A stretch of 64,000 nucleotides of DNA from the human T2T-CHM13v2.0 reference genome, Homo sapiens. Where the stretch lies: contig CP068257.2 in the NCBI GenBank assembly GCA_009914755.4, positions 6,016,001 to 6,080,000 on the forward strand, in the 5' to 3' direction. Shown here piece after piece: positions 33,001 through 58,093 of this stretch. Each line of letters opens with the position of its first letter. Position 1 is the stretch's first letter. Below the pieces are notes generated by a model. It ran no database searches. It had not been told where the DNA came from and saw nothing but the letters and a program-made list of their open reading frames with translations. The translations under genes and the position numbers were made by a program.

Positions 33001-36000
33001 CACTGATCACCCAGGAGATGTAACTCTTGTCTAGGCTCGGCCTACAGGGGCTTTGTGACATATTTCTGCAGTGATCACCCAGGTGATGTAACTGTTGTTT
33101 AGGCTCCACCTACAGGGGGTATTGTGACGTATCTCTGCACTGATCACCCAGGTGATGTAACATTTATGTAGGCTCTGCCTACAGGGGGGGTTTGACATAG
33201 CTCTGCACAGATCACCTAGGTTATGTAACTCTTGTCCACTCTTTGCCTACAGGGGGCATTGTGAAATACCTCTGCACTGATCACCCAGGTGATGGGACTC
33301 TTCTCTATACTCTGCCTAGAGGGGGATTTGTGACATATCTCTGCACTGATTACCCAGGTGATGGAAGTCTTGTTTAGGCTCTGTCTATTGGGGCATTGTG
33401 TCAAATATCTGCACTGATCACCCAGGTGATGTATCTCTTGTCTAGGCTCTGTCTACAGGGATTTTTGTGACATATCACTTCACTGATCACCTAGGTGATG
33501 TAAGCCTTGTATGGGCTTTGCGTACAGAAGGCTTTGTGACATATCTCTTCAATGATCTCTGAGGTGATGCAACTCTTCTCTAGGCACTGCCTACAGGGGA
33601 CATTGGTACACATTTCTGCACTGAGCACCCAGGTGATGGACTCTTGTCTTAGATCTGCCTACATGGACATTGTGACACATCTCTGAACTGATCAACCTAG
33701 TGATGAAACACTTGTCTAGACTCTTCCTACACGGGAATTCTCACATATCTCTCCACTGATCACCCAGGTGATGTAACTCCTGTCTAGCCTCTGCCTACAG
33801 GGGCTTTGTGACATATCTCTGCACTGATCACCCAGGTGATGGGATTTTGGCTAGGCTCTGCCTATGGGGGCATTGTGACATATCTCTACACTGATCACCC
33901 AGGTGATGTAACTCTTTTGTTGGATCTGCCTATGGGGGCATTGTGACATATTTATGCACTGATCACCCAGGTGATGGGACTCTTTTCTAGGCTCTGTGTA
34001 TGGGGGCTATGTGACGTTTCTCTGCACTGATCACCCAGGTGATGCAACACTTGACTAGCCTCTGCCTACGGGGCATAGTGACATATCACTGCATTGATCA
34101 CCGAGGGGATGTAACTCTTGTCCAGGCTCTGCCTATAGGGGACCTTGTGACATATCTCTGCACTGATCATCTAGGTGATGTAACTCTTGCTTACACTCTG
34201 CCTTCAGGGGCATTGTGAAATATCTCTGCACTGATCACCCAGGTGATGGGACTTTTCTCTATGCTCTGCCTACTGGGGGCATTGTCACATATTTCTGCAC
34301 TGATCACTCAGGTGACAGACCCTTGTCTTGGATTTGCCTATGTGGGCATTGTGACATATCTCTGCACTGATCATCCAAGTGATGTAAATATTGTCTAGGA
34401 TCTGCCTAAAGGGACTTTGTGACATACCTCTACACTGATCCTCCAGGTGATGAGACTTTTGTCTAGGCTCTGCCTAAGGGGGCATTGTGACATATTTCTG
34501 CACTGATCACCCAGGTGACGGACTCTTGTGTTGGATCTGCCTATGGGGGCATTGTGACATATCTCTGCACTGATAACCCAGGTGATGTAACTTTTGTATA
34601 AGCTCGGCCTACAGGGGAATTGTGAGAGATCTCGCCACTGATCACCCAAGTGATGTAACGATAGTCTAGGCTTTACCTGCAGGGGGCTTTGTGACATACC
34701 TTTGCACTGATCTCCCAGGTGATGTAACTCATCTAAGTTCTGCCTACAGGAGCTTTATGACATATCTCTGCACTGATCATTTAGGTGATGTAACACTTTT
34801 ATAAGCATTGCCTAGAGGGAATTTAGGCAAATCACTGCACTGATCACCTAGGAGATGTAACTCTTGTCTACCCTCTTCCCAAAGGGGGCATTGTGTAATA
34901 TCTCTGCACGGATCTCCCAAGTGATTCAATTCTTGTCTAGGATCTGTCTGGGTATTTTGAAATATCTCTGCAGTGATCAACTAGGTGATGTAACTCTTGT
35001 CAAGGCTCTGCCTACACTGTCGTTTTTACATATCCCTGAACTGATGACAAAGGTGATGTAACTCTTGCCTAGGCTTTGCCTACAGGAGACATTGTGATAT
35101 ATCTCTGCACTGCTCACCCAGGTGATGCAACTCTTCTCTATTATCTGCCTACAAGCGACATTGAGAAATATCTCTGCACTGATCACCCAGGTGTTAGAAC
35201 TCTTTTCTAGTCTCTGCCTGCAGATGGCGTTGTGACATCACTCTGAACGGATCACCCGGGTAAAGTAACTCTTGTCTAGGCTCTGCCTACGGGGGCATAG
35301 TGCCTTATATCTGCAGTGATCACCTAGGAGATGTGACTCTTGTCTAAGCTCTGCCTAGAGGGACATTGGGATGTATCTCTGCACTGATCGCTGAGGTGAT
35401 GTAAAACTTGTCTAGGCTTTGCCTACAGTGGGATTTATGACATGTCTCTTCACTGATCACCCAGGTGATGTAACTCTTGTCTAGGCTCAGCTTACAAGGG
35501 GTATTGTGAGACATCTCTGCACTGATCACCCAGGTGATATAACTCTTGTCTAGGCTCTGCCTACAGGGGTATTTTAAGATGTCACTGCATTGATTACCGA
35601 CATGATGGAACACTTGTATATGCTTCGCCGACAGGGGTCATGGAGACATGTCTGTGCACTGATCACCGAGGTGATGCAACTCCATTCTTGGATCTGCTTA
35701 CAGGGGGCATTGTGACATATCTCTGCCGTGATCACCCAGGTAATGTAACTCTTGTCTAGGCTCTTCCTACTGGAGACATTGTGAGTTATCTTCACACTGA
35801 TCACCCAGGTGTTATCACTTTTGTCTAGGATACGGCTACAGGGACATTGTGACATGTCACTGCACTGATCACACAGCTGATGTAACTCTTGTATAGGCTC
35901 TGGCTACAGGGTGCTTGTGACACATCTCTGCACTGATCACCCAGGTGATGTAACCCTTGTCTAGGCTCTGCCAAAAGGGGGCATTGTGACATAACTCTGT

Positions 36001-38150
36001 ACTGATCAACCAGGTGATGGGACTCTTGTCTAGACTATGCCTATAGGGGCATTGTGACATAGCTCTGCAGTGATCATGCAGGTGATGTAACTCTTGTATA
36101 TATCTGCCTACTGGCATCATTGTGGCATATTTCTGCACTGATCACCCAGTTGATAGACTCTTGACTTGTGTCTGTGTATGGGGGCATAGTGACATATCTC
36201 TGCACTGATCACTCATGTGATGTGACGCTTGTCTAAGCCTCGCCTAAAGGGGAATTGTGACAGATATCTCCACTGATCACCCAGGTGATGGACTGTTGTC
36301 TTGGATCTGTCTATGGGGGCATAGTGACATATCTCTTCACTGATCACTCATGTGATGTAACGCTTGTCAAATCTGCACCTAAAGGAGAATTGTGACAGAT
36401 ATCTCCACTGATCACCCAGGTGATGTAACAATTTTGTGGGATTTGTCTACAGGGGGCTTTGTGACATATCTTTGCACTGATCACCCAGGAGATGTAACTC
36501 TAGTCTAGGCTTGGTCTACAGGGTCTTTGTGACATATTTCTGCACTGATCACTTAGGAGATGTAACTCTTGTTTAGGCTCTCCCTACAGAGGCTTTGTGA
36601 CATATTTCTGTACTGATCACCCAGGTGATGTAACACTTGTCTAGGCTCCACCTACAGGCCGTATTGAGACGTATCACTGCACTGATCACCAAGGTGATGT
36701 AACTCTTTTCTAGGCTCCACCTACAATGTGTATTGTGATGTATCTCTGTACTGATCACCCAGGTGATGTAACATTTATCTAGGCTCTGCCTACTGGGGCG
36801 TTTTGACTAGCTCTGCACAGATCACCTAGGTTATGTAGCTCTTGTCCACTCTCTGCCTACAGGGGGCATTGTGAAATATCTCTGCACTGATCACCCAGGT
36901 GATGGGACTCTTCTCTATACTCTGCCTAGAGGGGGATTTGTGACATATCTGTGCACTGATCACCCAGGTGATGGAAATCTTGTCTAGGCTCTGTCTATGG
37001 GGGCATTGTGTCAAATATCTGCACTGATCACCCAGGTGATGTAACTCTTTTCTAGGCTCTGTCTACAGTGATTTTTGTGGCATATCACTTCACTAATCAC
37101 CTAGGTGATGTAAGACTTGTGTGGGCTTTGCCTACATAAGGCTTTGTGACATGTCCATGCACTGAACTCTGAGGTGATGCAACTCTTGTCTAGTCACTGC
37201 CTATAGGAAACATTGGTACATATCTCTGCACTGATCAACCAGGTGATGGACACTTGTCTTAGATCTGCCTACATGGACATTGTGACAAATCTCTGATCTG
37301 ATCAACCAAGTGATGAAACTCTTGTCTAGTCTCTGCCTTTAGTGGCTTTGTGACACTACTCTGCATGGATCACCCTGGGGAGGGAACACTTGTCTACATT
37401 CTGCCTACAGGAGGCTTTATGACTTATACCTGCACTGATAACCTAGGTGACATAACACTTGCCTAGACTCTGCCTACAAGGGAATTCTCACATATCCCTG
37501 CACTGATCACCCAGTTGATGTAAGTCATTTCTAGTTTCAGCCTACAGGAGCGTTTGGACATATCTCTGCACTGATCACCGTGGTGATGTAACCCTTCTCT
37601 AAGCTCTGCCTACAGGGGCATTGTGACCGATCTCTCCACTGCTCACCCAGGTGATGTAACAATTGTCTGGACTTTGCCTACAGGGGGCTTTGTTATATAC
37701 ATTTCTAATGATCAAACAGGTGATGGAACCCTTGTCAAGGTTCTGCTTACAGGGGCTTTGTGACATATCTCTGCACTGATCACCCCAGGGAGGAAACACT
37801 TGTCTACACTCTGCCTACAGGAGGCTTTACGACTTAACCCTGCACTGATCCCTAGGTGATGTAACACTTGTCTAGGCTCTGTCTACACGGGAATTTTCAC
37901 ATATCTCTACACTGATCACCTAAGTGATGTAACCCTTGCCTAGGTTCAGCCTACTGGGGATTTCTGACATACCTATGCACTGATCACCGAGGTGATGTAA
38001 ATCATTTCCAGGCTTTTTGTACAGGGGACATTGTGATATATCTCTGCACTGATCACGGAAATGATGCAAATCTTCTCTAGGCTCTGCAGGGAGGGGGCAT
38101 TGTGACATATTTCTGAACTGATCGTCCAAGAGATGTAACTATTTGCCAGG
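30064..38150 (+). repeat. Beta-satellite array, block 4, about 8.1 kb
   Basis: 68-bp monomers; head at 30,064-31,640, tail at about 37,360-38,150. Confidence 0.95.
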
Positions 38151-38874
38151 CGTTGACTAAAGAGTGTCGGAAGGTATTGGGAGAGCCTCAGCCAGAATTT
38201 CACGGATGGAGACTGGCACAGAGAGGCCAGCGGGCTCCCTTGCACATCAGCCAGTGTGCTCAATGAGTGCAGGTCTAGCCAGGAGGCAGGCAAAGAGAGC
38301 TAGAGTTCTGTGTTCCGCCGCCAGGCGCTCCATGGTGGCAGCTGGGAGGCTGCAGGGGTACGGGTGGGCTGGCAATGGTGGCGCAAAGGCGCAGAAGGAG
38401 CGAGCCGCTGGAGGGGTGTCAGGCCTGGACGCTGCACGTGTCCGGTGTTTCGCGGGACCGGGGTCTCCACCCACCCCAGGGGATGACTCATTTTCCGGGT
38501 GTGGGGTTGAGGGTGGGGATGGTGTGCTCAGCGGGGGTGGGGTGGAGGAAAGGAAGGAGAGCTCTGCATGGGCTGCTCCCACAGCCTAGGCGGCTGTCCG
38601 CAAAACCGCATGTGCGCAGAAGTGGCCCACCTGTTTGTACCTGAGCCGGCTCTGGGATCCGCGGGATGCCCAGTAAAGAATGACAGTTCTCCACTGTGTG
38701 GAGTCTCTCACCGGGCCTAGACCTATAAGGCAGGAATCCCACGGCGGTCAGCCCTGTGGGGGGGGCGGGGTGAAGACACGCCCCTCCATAGCCAGCCAGG
38801 AGTTCCCTGTGAAAGAGAGGCCACCGCCCTGCCCCGAACTGATCAAGTCCAAACCCGGAGTCCTGAAGCTCCTC

Positions 38875-40281
<1,407 letters not shown>

Positions 40282-40662
40282 TCAGCAGGGAGAAACCGGC
40301 CTGGGATGGTGCAGGGGAGGGTGGAACTGAACCTCCGTGGGAGTCTTGAGTGTTCCAGGCCCTCTCTCCGTGAAGGAGGCAGTGCCTGTGGGTGTCGCCA
40401 TTGCCGGGACAGTCTCACACAGGCAAGCGTGTGGCTCTCGTTCATTTCCACATGGGAGAACAGAGCGAGACCCCAGAGAGAAGATGCCTCCCCGGCGTGA
40501 TGGCCTGATGATGGATTCCTTTGTGCGGCAACATGGGGAGTCTGCAGTGTGGCTGGTTTGGAAACGGGTAAGGAGAGCCCATGAACCATGCCGGTCTTCC
40601 ACCCTTCCCTGCATGTTTCCGGGTGCCCGCAGAGCTCCGGGTGCAAACAGTCAGCATAACGC

Positions 40663-42212
40663 ATCTCTGAACTGATCAACACTGTGATGTAACACTTGTC
40701 TAGGCTCTGCCTACAGGGGCTTTGTGACATATCTCTTCACTGATCACCCAGGTGATGTAACCCTTGAGTTGGATCTGCCTATGGGGGCATTGTGAAATAT
40801 TTCTGCAATGGTAACCCAGGTGATGGGATTCTTGCCTAGGCTCTGTGTATGGGGGCTTTGTGACATATCTCTGCACTGATCACCCAGGTGATGGGACTTT
40901 TGTCTAGGCTCTGCCTATGGGGGCATTTTGACATATCTCTACACTGATCACCCAGGTGACGTAACCCTTGTGTTGGATCTGCCTATGGGGGCATTGTGAC
41001 ATATCTCTGCACTGATCACCCAGGTGATGTAACGCTTGACTAAGCTCTGCCTATGGGACATATAGACATATCACTGCATTGATCACCGAGGTGTTGTAAC
41101 TCTTGTCCAGGCTCTGCCTATAGGGGGCCTTGTGACATATCTCTGCACTGATCATCTAGGTGATGTAACTCTTGCTTACGCTCTGCCTGCAGGGTCATTG
41201 TGAAATATCTCTGCACTGATCACCCAGGTGATGGGACTATTGTCTAGGCTCTGCCTGTGGTGGCATTGTGACATATCTCTGCACTGATCACCCAGGTGAT
41301 GTAACTGTTGTATAAGCTCTGCCTACAGGGGAAGTGTGACACATCTCTGATCTGATCAACCAAGTGATGAAACTCTTGTCTAGGCTCTGCCTATAGGGGC
41401 TTTGTGACACATCTCTGCACTGATCACCCTGGGGAGGGAACTCTTGTCTACACTCTGCCTACAGGAGGCTTTATGACTTATACCTCCACTGATAACCTAG
41501 GCGATGAAACACTTGTCTAGGCTCTGCCTACACGGGAATTCTCACATATCTCTGAACAGATCACCCGGGTGATGTAACTCCTCTCTAGGTTCAGCCTACA
41601 GGAGCGTTTTGACATATCTCTGCACTGATCACCCAGGTGATGTAACCCTTGTCTAAGCTCTGCCTACAGGGGCATTGTGACAGATCTCTCCACTGCTCAC
41701 CCAGGTGATGTAACAATTGTCTGGACTTTGCCTACAGGGGTATTTGTGATATACATTTCCACTGATCAAACAGGTGATGTAACCCTTGTCAAGCTTCTGT
41801 TTACAGGGGCTTTGTGACATATCTCTGCACTGAACGCCCCAGGGAGGAAACACTTTTCTACCCTCTGCCTACAGGAGGCTTTACGACTTATCCCCGCAGT
41901 GATCACTAGGTGATGTAACACCTGTCTATGCTCTGTCTACACGGGAATTTTCACATATCTCTACACTGATCACCTAAGTGATGTAACCCTTGTCTAGGTT
42001 CAGCCTACTGGGGATTTCTGACATACCTATGCCCTGATCACCGAGGTGATATAAATCATTTCCATGCTTTTTGTACAGGGTACATTGTGATATATCTCTG
42101 CACTGATCAGCCAAACAATGCAAATCTTCTCTAGACTCCGCAGGGAGGGGGCATTGTGATATATTTCTGAACTGATGATGCAGAAGATGTAACTATTCTC
42201 CAGGCTTTGACT
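40663..42212 (+). repeat. Beta-satellite array, block 5, about 1.55 kb (minimal block: truncated head plus tail)
   Basis: 68-bp monomers. Head sequence to about 41,290, then a short middle, then tail from about 41,400. Confidence 0.95.
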
Positions 42213-42924
42213 AAAGAGCATCGGAAGGTGTTGGGAGAGCCTCAGCCGGAATTTCATGGATGGACAAGGGCACAAAGTGGCCAGCGGGCTCCCTTGTACA
42301 TCAGCGGGGGTGCACAATGAGTCCAGGTCTAGCGAGGAGGCCGGCAAATAGAGCTACAGGTCTGCGTTCCGCCGCCAGGTGCTCCATGGTGGCAGCTGGA
42401 AGGTTGCAGGGACACGGGCGGGCCGGCGACGGTGGCGCAGAGGTGCAGAAGAGGCGAGCCGCGGAGGGGTGTCAGGCCTTGACGCTGCGCAGGGCCAGTG
42501 TTTCGCGGGACGGGGGTCTCCACCCAGCCCAGGGGAGGACACATTTTCCGGGGATGGGGTGTCGGTGGGGATGGTGTGCTCAGGCGGGGGTGGGGTGGAG
42601 GAAAGGCAGCAGAGCTCTGCCCTGGCTGCTCCCACAACCCAGGCAGCTGCCCGCAATCCCGCGGGTGCACAGTACGTGACCCACCTGTTGGTACCTGGGC
42701 CGGCTCCGGGATCCCCTGGATGCCCAGGAAAGAATGGCAGTTCTCCGCTTCTCCACTGTGTGGAGTCTCTCACCGGGCCTAGATCAAGAAGGCAGGAATC
42801 CCAGGTCGGTAAGCCCGGTGGAGGGGGCGGGGGGATGACACGCCCCTCCATAGCCACCCAGGTGTTCCCCGCGAAAGAGAGGCAACGGCCCTGCCCCGAC
42901 CCGACCCCGTCCAAACCCTGCGTC

Positions 42925-44360
<1,436 letters not shown>

Positions 44361-44988
44361 TCATGAATGGCGGGGAGCCCTGGGACAGCCCGCCCCACCA
44401 CGGAAGGGTCCCAAGGCGTTGAGGCCAGCGGCAGAGTGGTTGTGGGGTTGGGGCATAGGGCGTGGTGATGGCGGTGGTTGTGCCGGAGAGACGAAGAAGA
44501 AGGTGGCGAGGGGGAAGTGGTAAGGGGGGCGCGTTTTGGGGGTTGGCTCTCCGGACCTCTCCAGGAATCCCGCGGGAAGTGGAAGCCACTTTCTGGACTC
44601 CCACGCGACTTCAGCAGGGAGAAACCGGCCTGGGAGGGTGGAGGGGAATGTGGAACTGAACCTCCGTGGGAGTATTGAGAGTTCCAGGCCCTCTTTCCGT
44701 GAAGGAGGCAGTGCCTGTGGGTGTCGCCATTGCCGGGACAGTCTCACACACGCAGGCGTGTGGCTCCCGTTCATTTCCACTTAGGAGAACAGAGCGAGAA
44801 CCCAGAGAGAAGATGCCTCCCAGGGGTGATGGCTTGACGATGGATTCCCGTGTGCGGCAACATGGGGAGTCTGCAGTGTGGCCGGTTTGGAAACTGGCAA
44901 GGAGAGCGAAGGCACCATGCCGGTCTTCCACCCTTCCCTGTATGTTTCCGGGTGACCGAAGAGCTCCTGGAGCTAACAGTCACCATGA

Positions 44989-47900
44989 CATATCTCTGAA
45001 CTGATCAAAAAAGTGATATAACTCTTGTTTAGGCTCTGCCTACAGGGGCTTTGTGACATATCTCTGCCCTTATCACCCAGGTGATGGGACTTCTGTCTAG
45101 GCTTTGCCTACGGGAGCATTGTGACATATCTCTACACTGATCACCCAGGTGATGTAACTCTTGTGTTGGATCTGCCTGTGGGGGCACTGTGACATATGTC
45201 TGCACTGATCACCCAGGTGATGGGATTCTTGTCTAGGCTCTGTGTACGGGGGCTTTGTGACATATCTCTGCACTGATTATCCAGGTGGTGTAACGCTTGA
45301 CTAGGCTTTGCCTACGGGGCATAGTGACATATCACTGCATTGATCACCGAGGTGATGTAACTCTTTTCCAGGGTCTGCCTATAGGAGGCCTTGTGACATA
45401 TCTCTGCACTGATCGTCTAGGTGATGTAACTCTTGCTTACGCTCTGCCTGCAGGGGCATTGTGAAATATTTCTGCACTGATCACCCAGGTGATGGGACTC
45501 TTTTCTAGGCTCTACCTACTTGTGGCATTGTCACATATTTCTGCACTGATCACCCAGGTGACAGACTGTTGTGTTGGATTTGTCTATGGGGGCATTGTGA
45601 CATATCTCTGCACTGATCACACAGGTGATATAACACTAGTCTAAGATCTGCCTAAAGGGGCATTGTGACAGATCTCTGCACTGATCACTCAGGTGATGTA
45701 ACTATTGTATAGGCTCTGCTTAAAGGGGCCTTGTCAAATATCTCTGCACTGTTAACCGAGGTGATGTTACTCTTGTCTAGGCTGTGCCCACAGTGGGATT
45801 GAGACATATCTCTGCACTGATCCCGAGGTGATCAAACTCTTGCCTGGTCTCTGCCTACTGGGGAAATTGTGACATATCTCTACACTGATCTCCCAGGTGC
45901 TGTAACTTTAATCTAGGCTCTGGCTACAGGACATTGGGATATATCACTGCACTGGTCACCCAGGTGATATAACTCTTGTCTAGGCTCTGCCTATAGGGGG
46001 CTTTTGACATATCTCTGCACTGAATACCCAGGTGATATAACTCTACTCTAGGATGTGCCTACAGGGTGCTTTGTGACATACCTTTGCACTGATCACCCAG
46101 GTGATGTAACTCATCTAAGTTCTGCCTACAGGAGCTTTGTGACATATCTCTGCACTGAACACTTATGTGATGTAACCCTTTTATAAGCACTGCCTACAGG
46201 GAATTTTGTCAAGTCTCTGCACTGATCACCTAGCTGATGTAACTCTTGTCTACCCTCTGCCAAAAGGGGGCATTGTGAAATATCTCTGCAATGATCACCC
46301 AGGTGATTCAACTCTTGTCTAGGATCTGCCTACAGGGGGTATTGTGAAATATCTCTGCACTGATCAACTAGGTGATGTAACTCTTGTCTAGGCTCTGCCT
46401 ACAGTGGCGTTTTCACATATCCCTGAACTGATGACAAATGTGATGTAACTCTTGCCAAGCCTTTGCCTACAGGGGACATTGTGACATATCTCTGCACTGA
46501 TCACCCAGGTGATGCAACTCTTCTCTATGCTCTGCCTGCAGGGGACATTGTGACATATCTCTGCACTGATCTCCCAGGTGATGTAACTATTTTCTAGTCT
46601 CTCCCTACAGAGGGCATTGTGACATCACTCTGCACGGATCACCCGGGTTGTGTAACTCTTGTCTAGGCTCTGCCTATGGGGGCATTGTGACTTATCTCTG
46701 CACTGATCACCTGGCAGATGTGACTCTTGTCTAAGCTCTGCCTAGAGGGACATTGGGTCATATCTCTGCAATGATGGCTGAAGTGATGTAAAACTTGTCT
46801 AGGCTTTGCCTACAGTGGGATTTATGACATATCTGTGCACTGATCACCCAGGTTATGTAACTCTTGTCTAGGCTCTGCTTACATTGGGTATTGTGAGATA
46901 TCTCTGCACTGATCACCCAGGTGATGTAACTCTTGTCTAGGCTCTGCCTACAGGGGCATTTTAACATATCACTGCAGTGATCACCGAGATGATGTAACTC
47001 TTGTATAGGCTTCGCCTACAGGGGGCATTGTGACATATCTCTGACCTGATCAACCAGGTGATTGATGTAACTCTTGTCTAGGCTCTGCCTACTGGAGTCA
47101 TTGTGACATATCTCCGCACTGATCACCCAAGTGATGTCACCTTAGTCAAGGATATGGCTACAGGGACTTTGTGACATGTCACTGCACTGATCACACAGCT
47201 GATGTAACCCTTGTCTAGGCTCTGGCTACAGGGGGCTTCTGACACATCTCTGCAGTGATCTCCCATGTGATGTAACCTTTTTCTAGGCTCTGCCAAAAAG
47301 GGGCATTGTGACATAACTCTGCACTGATCATCCAGGTAATGGGACACTTATCTAGGCTATGCCTACCCGGGCATTTGGACATATCTCTGCAGTGATCACA
47401 CAGGTCATGTAACTATTTTCTATATCTGCCTACTGGCGGCATTGTGGCATATATCTGCACTGATCACCCAGGTGATGGACTCGTGTGTTGGATCTGCCTA
47501 TAGGGTCATAGTGACATATCTCTGCACTGATCACTCATGAGATGTAACACTAGTCTAAGCTGCGCCTAAAGGGGAATTTTGACAGATATCTCCACTGATC
47601 ACCCAGGTGATGTAACAATTTTCCGGGATTTGTCTCCAGGGGGCTTTGTGACATATCTTGGCACTGATCACCCAGGAGATGTAACTCTTGTCTCGTCTTG
47701 GCCTACATGGACGTTGTGACATATTTCTACGCTCATCACCCAGGTGATGTAACTCTTGTCTAGGCTCCACATACAGGGGGTATTGTGACGTATCTCTGCA
47801 CTGATCACCCAGGTGATGTAACGTTTATCTAGGCTCTGCCTAGAGGGGCGTTTTGACATACCTCTGCACAGGTTATGTAACTCTTGTCCACTCTCTGCCT

Positions 47901-48520
47901 ATAGGGGGCATTGTGAAATATCTCTGCACCGATCACCCAGGTGATGGGACTCTTCTCTATACTCTACCTAGAGGGGGATTTGTGACATATCTCTGCACTG
48001 ATCACACAGGTGACGGAAGTCTTTTCTAGGCTCTGTGTATGGGGGAATTGTGTCAAATATCTGCAATGACCACCCAGGTGATGTAACTCTTTTCTAGGCT
48101 CTGTCTATGGGGATTTTTGTGACATATCACTGCACTGATCACCTATGTGATGTAAGCCTTTTATGAACTTTGCCTACAGAAGGCTTTGTGACATATCTAT
48201 GCACTGATCTCTGAGGTGATGCAAGTCTTGTCTAGGCACTGCCTACAGGGGACATTGGTACATATCTCTGTACTGATCACCCAGGTGATGGAATGTTGTC
48301 TTAGATCTGCCTACATGGACATTGTGACAAATCTCTGAACTTATCAACCAAGTGATGAAAGTCTTGCCTAGGTTCTGCCTAGGGGGGCTTTGTGACACAT
48401 TTCTGCACTGATCACCCTGGAGAGGAAACTCTTGTCTACACTCTGCATACAGGAGGCTTTATGACTTATACCTGCACTGATAACCTAGGTGATGTAACAC
48501 TTGTCTAGGCTTTGCCTACG
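44989..48520 (+). repeat. Beta-satellite array, block 6, about 3.5 kb, truncated by the inversion breakpoint
   Basis: 68-bp monomers with head at 44,989 onward. Only the first roughly 120 bp of the conserved tail (caccctggagaggaaactcttgtctacactctgcatacaggaggctttatgacttatacctgcactgataacctaggtgatgtaacacttgtctaggctttgcctacg) is present before an abrupt switch to GC-rich D4Z4 sequence at 48,521. Confidence 0.9.
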
Positions 48521-55668
<7,148 letters not shown>

Positions 55669-57712
55669 CTGGAGAATAGTTACATCTTCCTGGATGATCA
55701 GTTCAGAAATATGTCACAATGCCCCCTCCCTGCGGAGCCTAGAGAAGATTTGCATCATTTGGGTGATCAGTGCAGAGATTTATCACAATGTCCCCTGTAC
55801 AAAATGCCTGGGAATGATTTACATCACCTCGGTGATCAGTGCATAGGTATGTCAGAAATCCCCAGTAGGCTGAACCTAGACAAGGGTTACATCACTTAGG
55901 TTATCAGTGTAGAGATATGTGAAAATTCCCGTGTAGACAGAGCCTAGACAGGTGTTACACCACCTAGGGATCAGTGCCGGGATATGTCATAAAGCCTCCT
56001 GTAGGCAGAGTGTAGACAAGTGTTTCCTCCCTGGGGTGATCAGTGCAGAGATATGTCACAAAGCCCCTATAAGCAGAACTTTGACAAGGGTTACATCACC
56101 TGTTTGATCAGTGGAAATGTATATCACAAAGACCCCTGTAGGCAAAGCCCAGACAATTGTTACATCACCTGGGTGAGCAGTGGAGAGATATGTCACAATG
56201 CCCCTGTAGGCAGAGCTTAGACAAGGGTTACATCACCTGGATGATCAGTGCAGAGATATGTCAAAACGCTCCTGTAGGCTGAACCTAGACAGGAGTTACA
56301 TCACCCAGGTTATCAGTGCAGAGATATGTGAGAATTCCAGTGTAGGCAGAGCCTAGACAAGTGTTATATCACCTAGGTTATCAGTGCAGGTATAAGTCAT
56401 AAAGCCTCTTGTAGGCAGAGTGTAAACCAGAGTTCCCTCCCCAGGGTGATCAGAGCAGAGATGTGTCACAAAGCCCCTGTAGGCAGAGCCTAGACAAGAG
56501 TTTCATCACTCAGTTGATCAGTTCAGAGATGTGTCACAATGTCCATGTAGGCAGATCTAAGACAAGTGTCCATAACATGGGTGATCTGAGCAGAGATATG
56601 TACCAATGTCCCCTGCAGCCAGTGCCTAGACAAGAGTTGCATCACCTCAGAGATCAGTGCATAGATATGTCACAAAGCCTTCTATAGGTAAAGCTCATAC
56701 AAGGCTTACATCACCTGGGTGATCAGTGCAGAGATATTTCACAATGTCCCCTGTAGGCAGAGAGTGGAAAAGAGTTAGATAACCTAGGTGATCTTTGCAG
56801 GGCTATGTCAAAACGCCCCTGTAGGCAGAGCCTAGATAAATATTACATCACCTGGGTGATCAGTGCAGAGATAGGTTCCAATACCCCATGTAGGTGGAGC
56901 CTAGACAAGAGTTACATCACCTGGGTGATCAGTGCAGAGATATGTCACAAAGCCCCTGTAGGCCGAGCCTAGACAAGCGTTACATCACGTGGGTGATCAG
57001 TGCAGAGATATCTCACAATATCCCCTGTAAGCAGAGTCTAGACCAGAGTTACATCACGTGGGTGATCAGTGTAGAGATGTGTCATAAATCCCACTGTATG
57101 CAAACCCTAGACAAGTTTTACATCACCTCAGCGATCAGTGCAGAGATATGTCCCAGTGTCCCTCTTGGCAGAGCTTAGACAAGAGTCACATCTCCTGGGT
57201 GATCAGTCCAGAGATAAGTCACAATGCCCCCATAGACAGGCCTAGACAAGAGTTATATAACCCGAGTGATCCTCAGTGCAGAGATATGTCACTATGCCCC
57301 CATAGGCAGATCCAAGACAAGAGTCCATCACCTGGGTGCTCACTGCAGAAATATGCCACAATGCTGCCATTGGGCAGATATAGACAAGAGTTACATCACC
57401 TGCGTGATCACTGCAGAGATATGTCACAATGCCCCTGTAGGCAGAGCCTAGACAAGTGTCCCATCACCTGGGTGATCAGTGCAGAGTTATGTCACAATGC
57501 CCCCTTTTGGCAGAGCCTAGACAAGGTTTACATCACCTGGGTGATCAGTGCAGAGATGTGTCACAAGCCCCCTGTAGCCAGAGACTAGACAAGTGTTACA
57601 TCAGCTGTGTGATCAGTGCAGTGACATGTCACAGTGCCCCTGTAGCCATATCCTTGACAAAAGTGACATCACTTGGGTGATCAGTGCGCAGATATGTCAC
57701 AATGTCTTCAGT
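55669..57712 (-). repeat. Beta-satellite array, block 8, inverted orientation, about 2.0 kb
   Basis: Starts with the pLAM-like degenerate monomers and reverse-complemented tail after plus-strand unit 7. Ends at 57,712 in middle-type monomers, joined directly to forward-orientation beta-satellite. Confidence 0.93.
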
Positions 57713-58093
57713 AGGCACTGATCACCCCAGGGAGGAAACACTTTTCTACGCTCTGCCTACAGGAGTCTTTACGACTTATCCCTGAACTGATCACTAGGTG
57801 ATGTAACACTTGTCTAGGCTCTGTCTACACGGGAATTTTCACATACCTCTGCACTGATAACCTAAGTGATGTAACCCTTGTCTAGGTTCAGCCTACTGGG
57901 GATTTCTGACACACGTATGCACTGATCAGCGAGGTGACATAAATCATTTCCAGGCTTTTTTTGCAGGTGATATTGTGAAATATCTCTGCACTGATCACCC
58001 AAATGATGCAAATCTTCTCTGGGCTCCGCAGGGAGGGGCATTGTGACATATTTCTGAACTGATCATCCAGGAGATGTAACTATTCTGCAGGCT
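57713..58093 (+). repeat. Beta-satellite, block 9, forward orientation, 0.38 kb (distal part of the conserved tail only)
   Basis: ctgatcaccccagggaggaaacacttttctacgctctgcctacagg… matches tail offset about 430 to the end and runs into D4Z4-like unit 8. Confidence 0.9.
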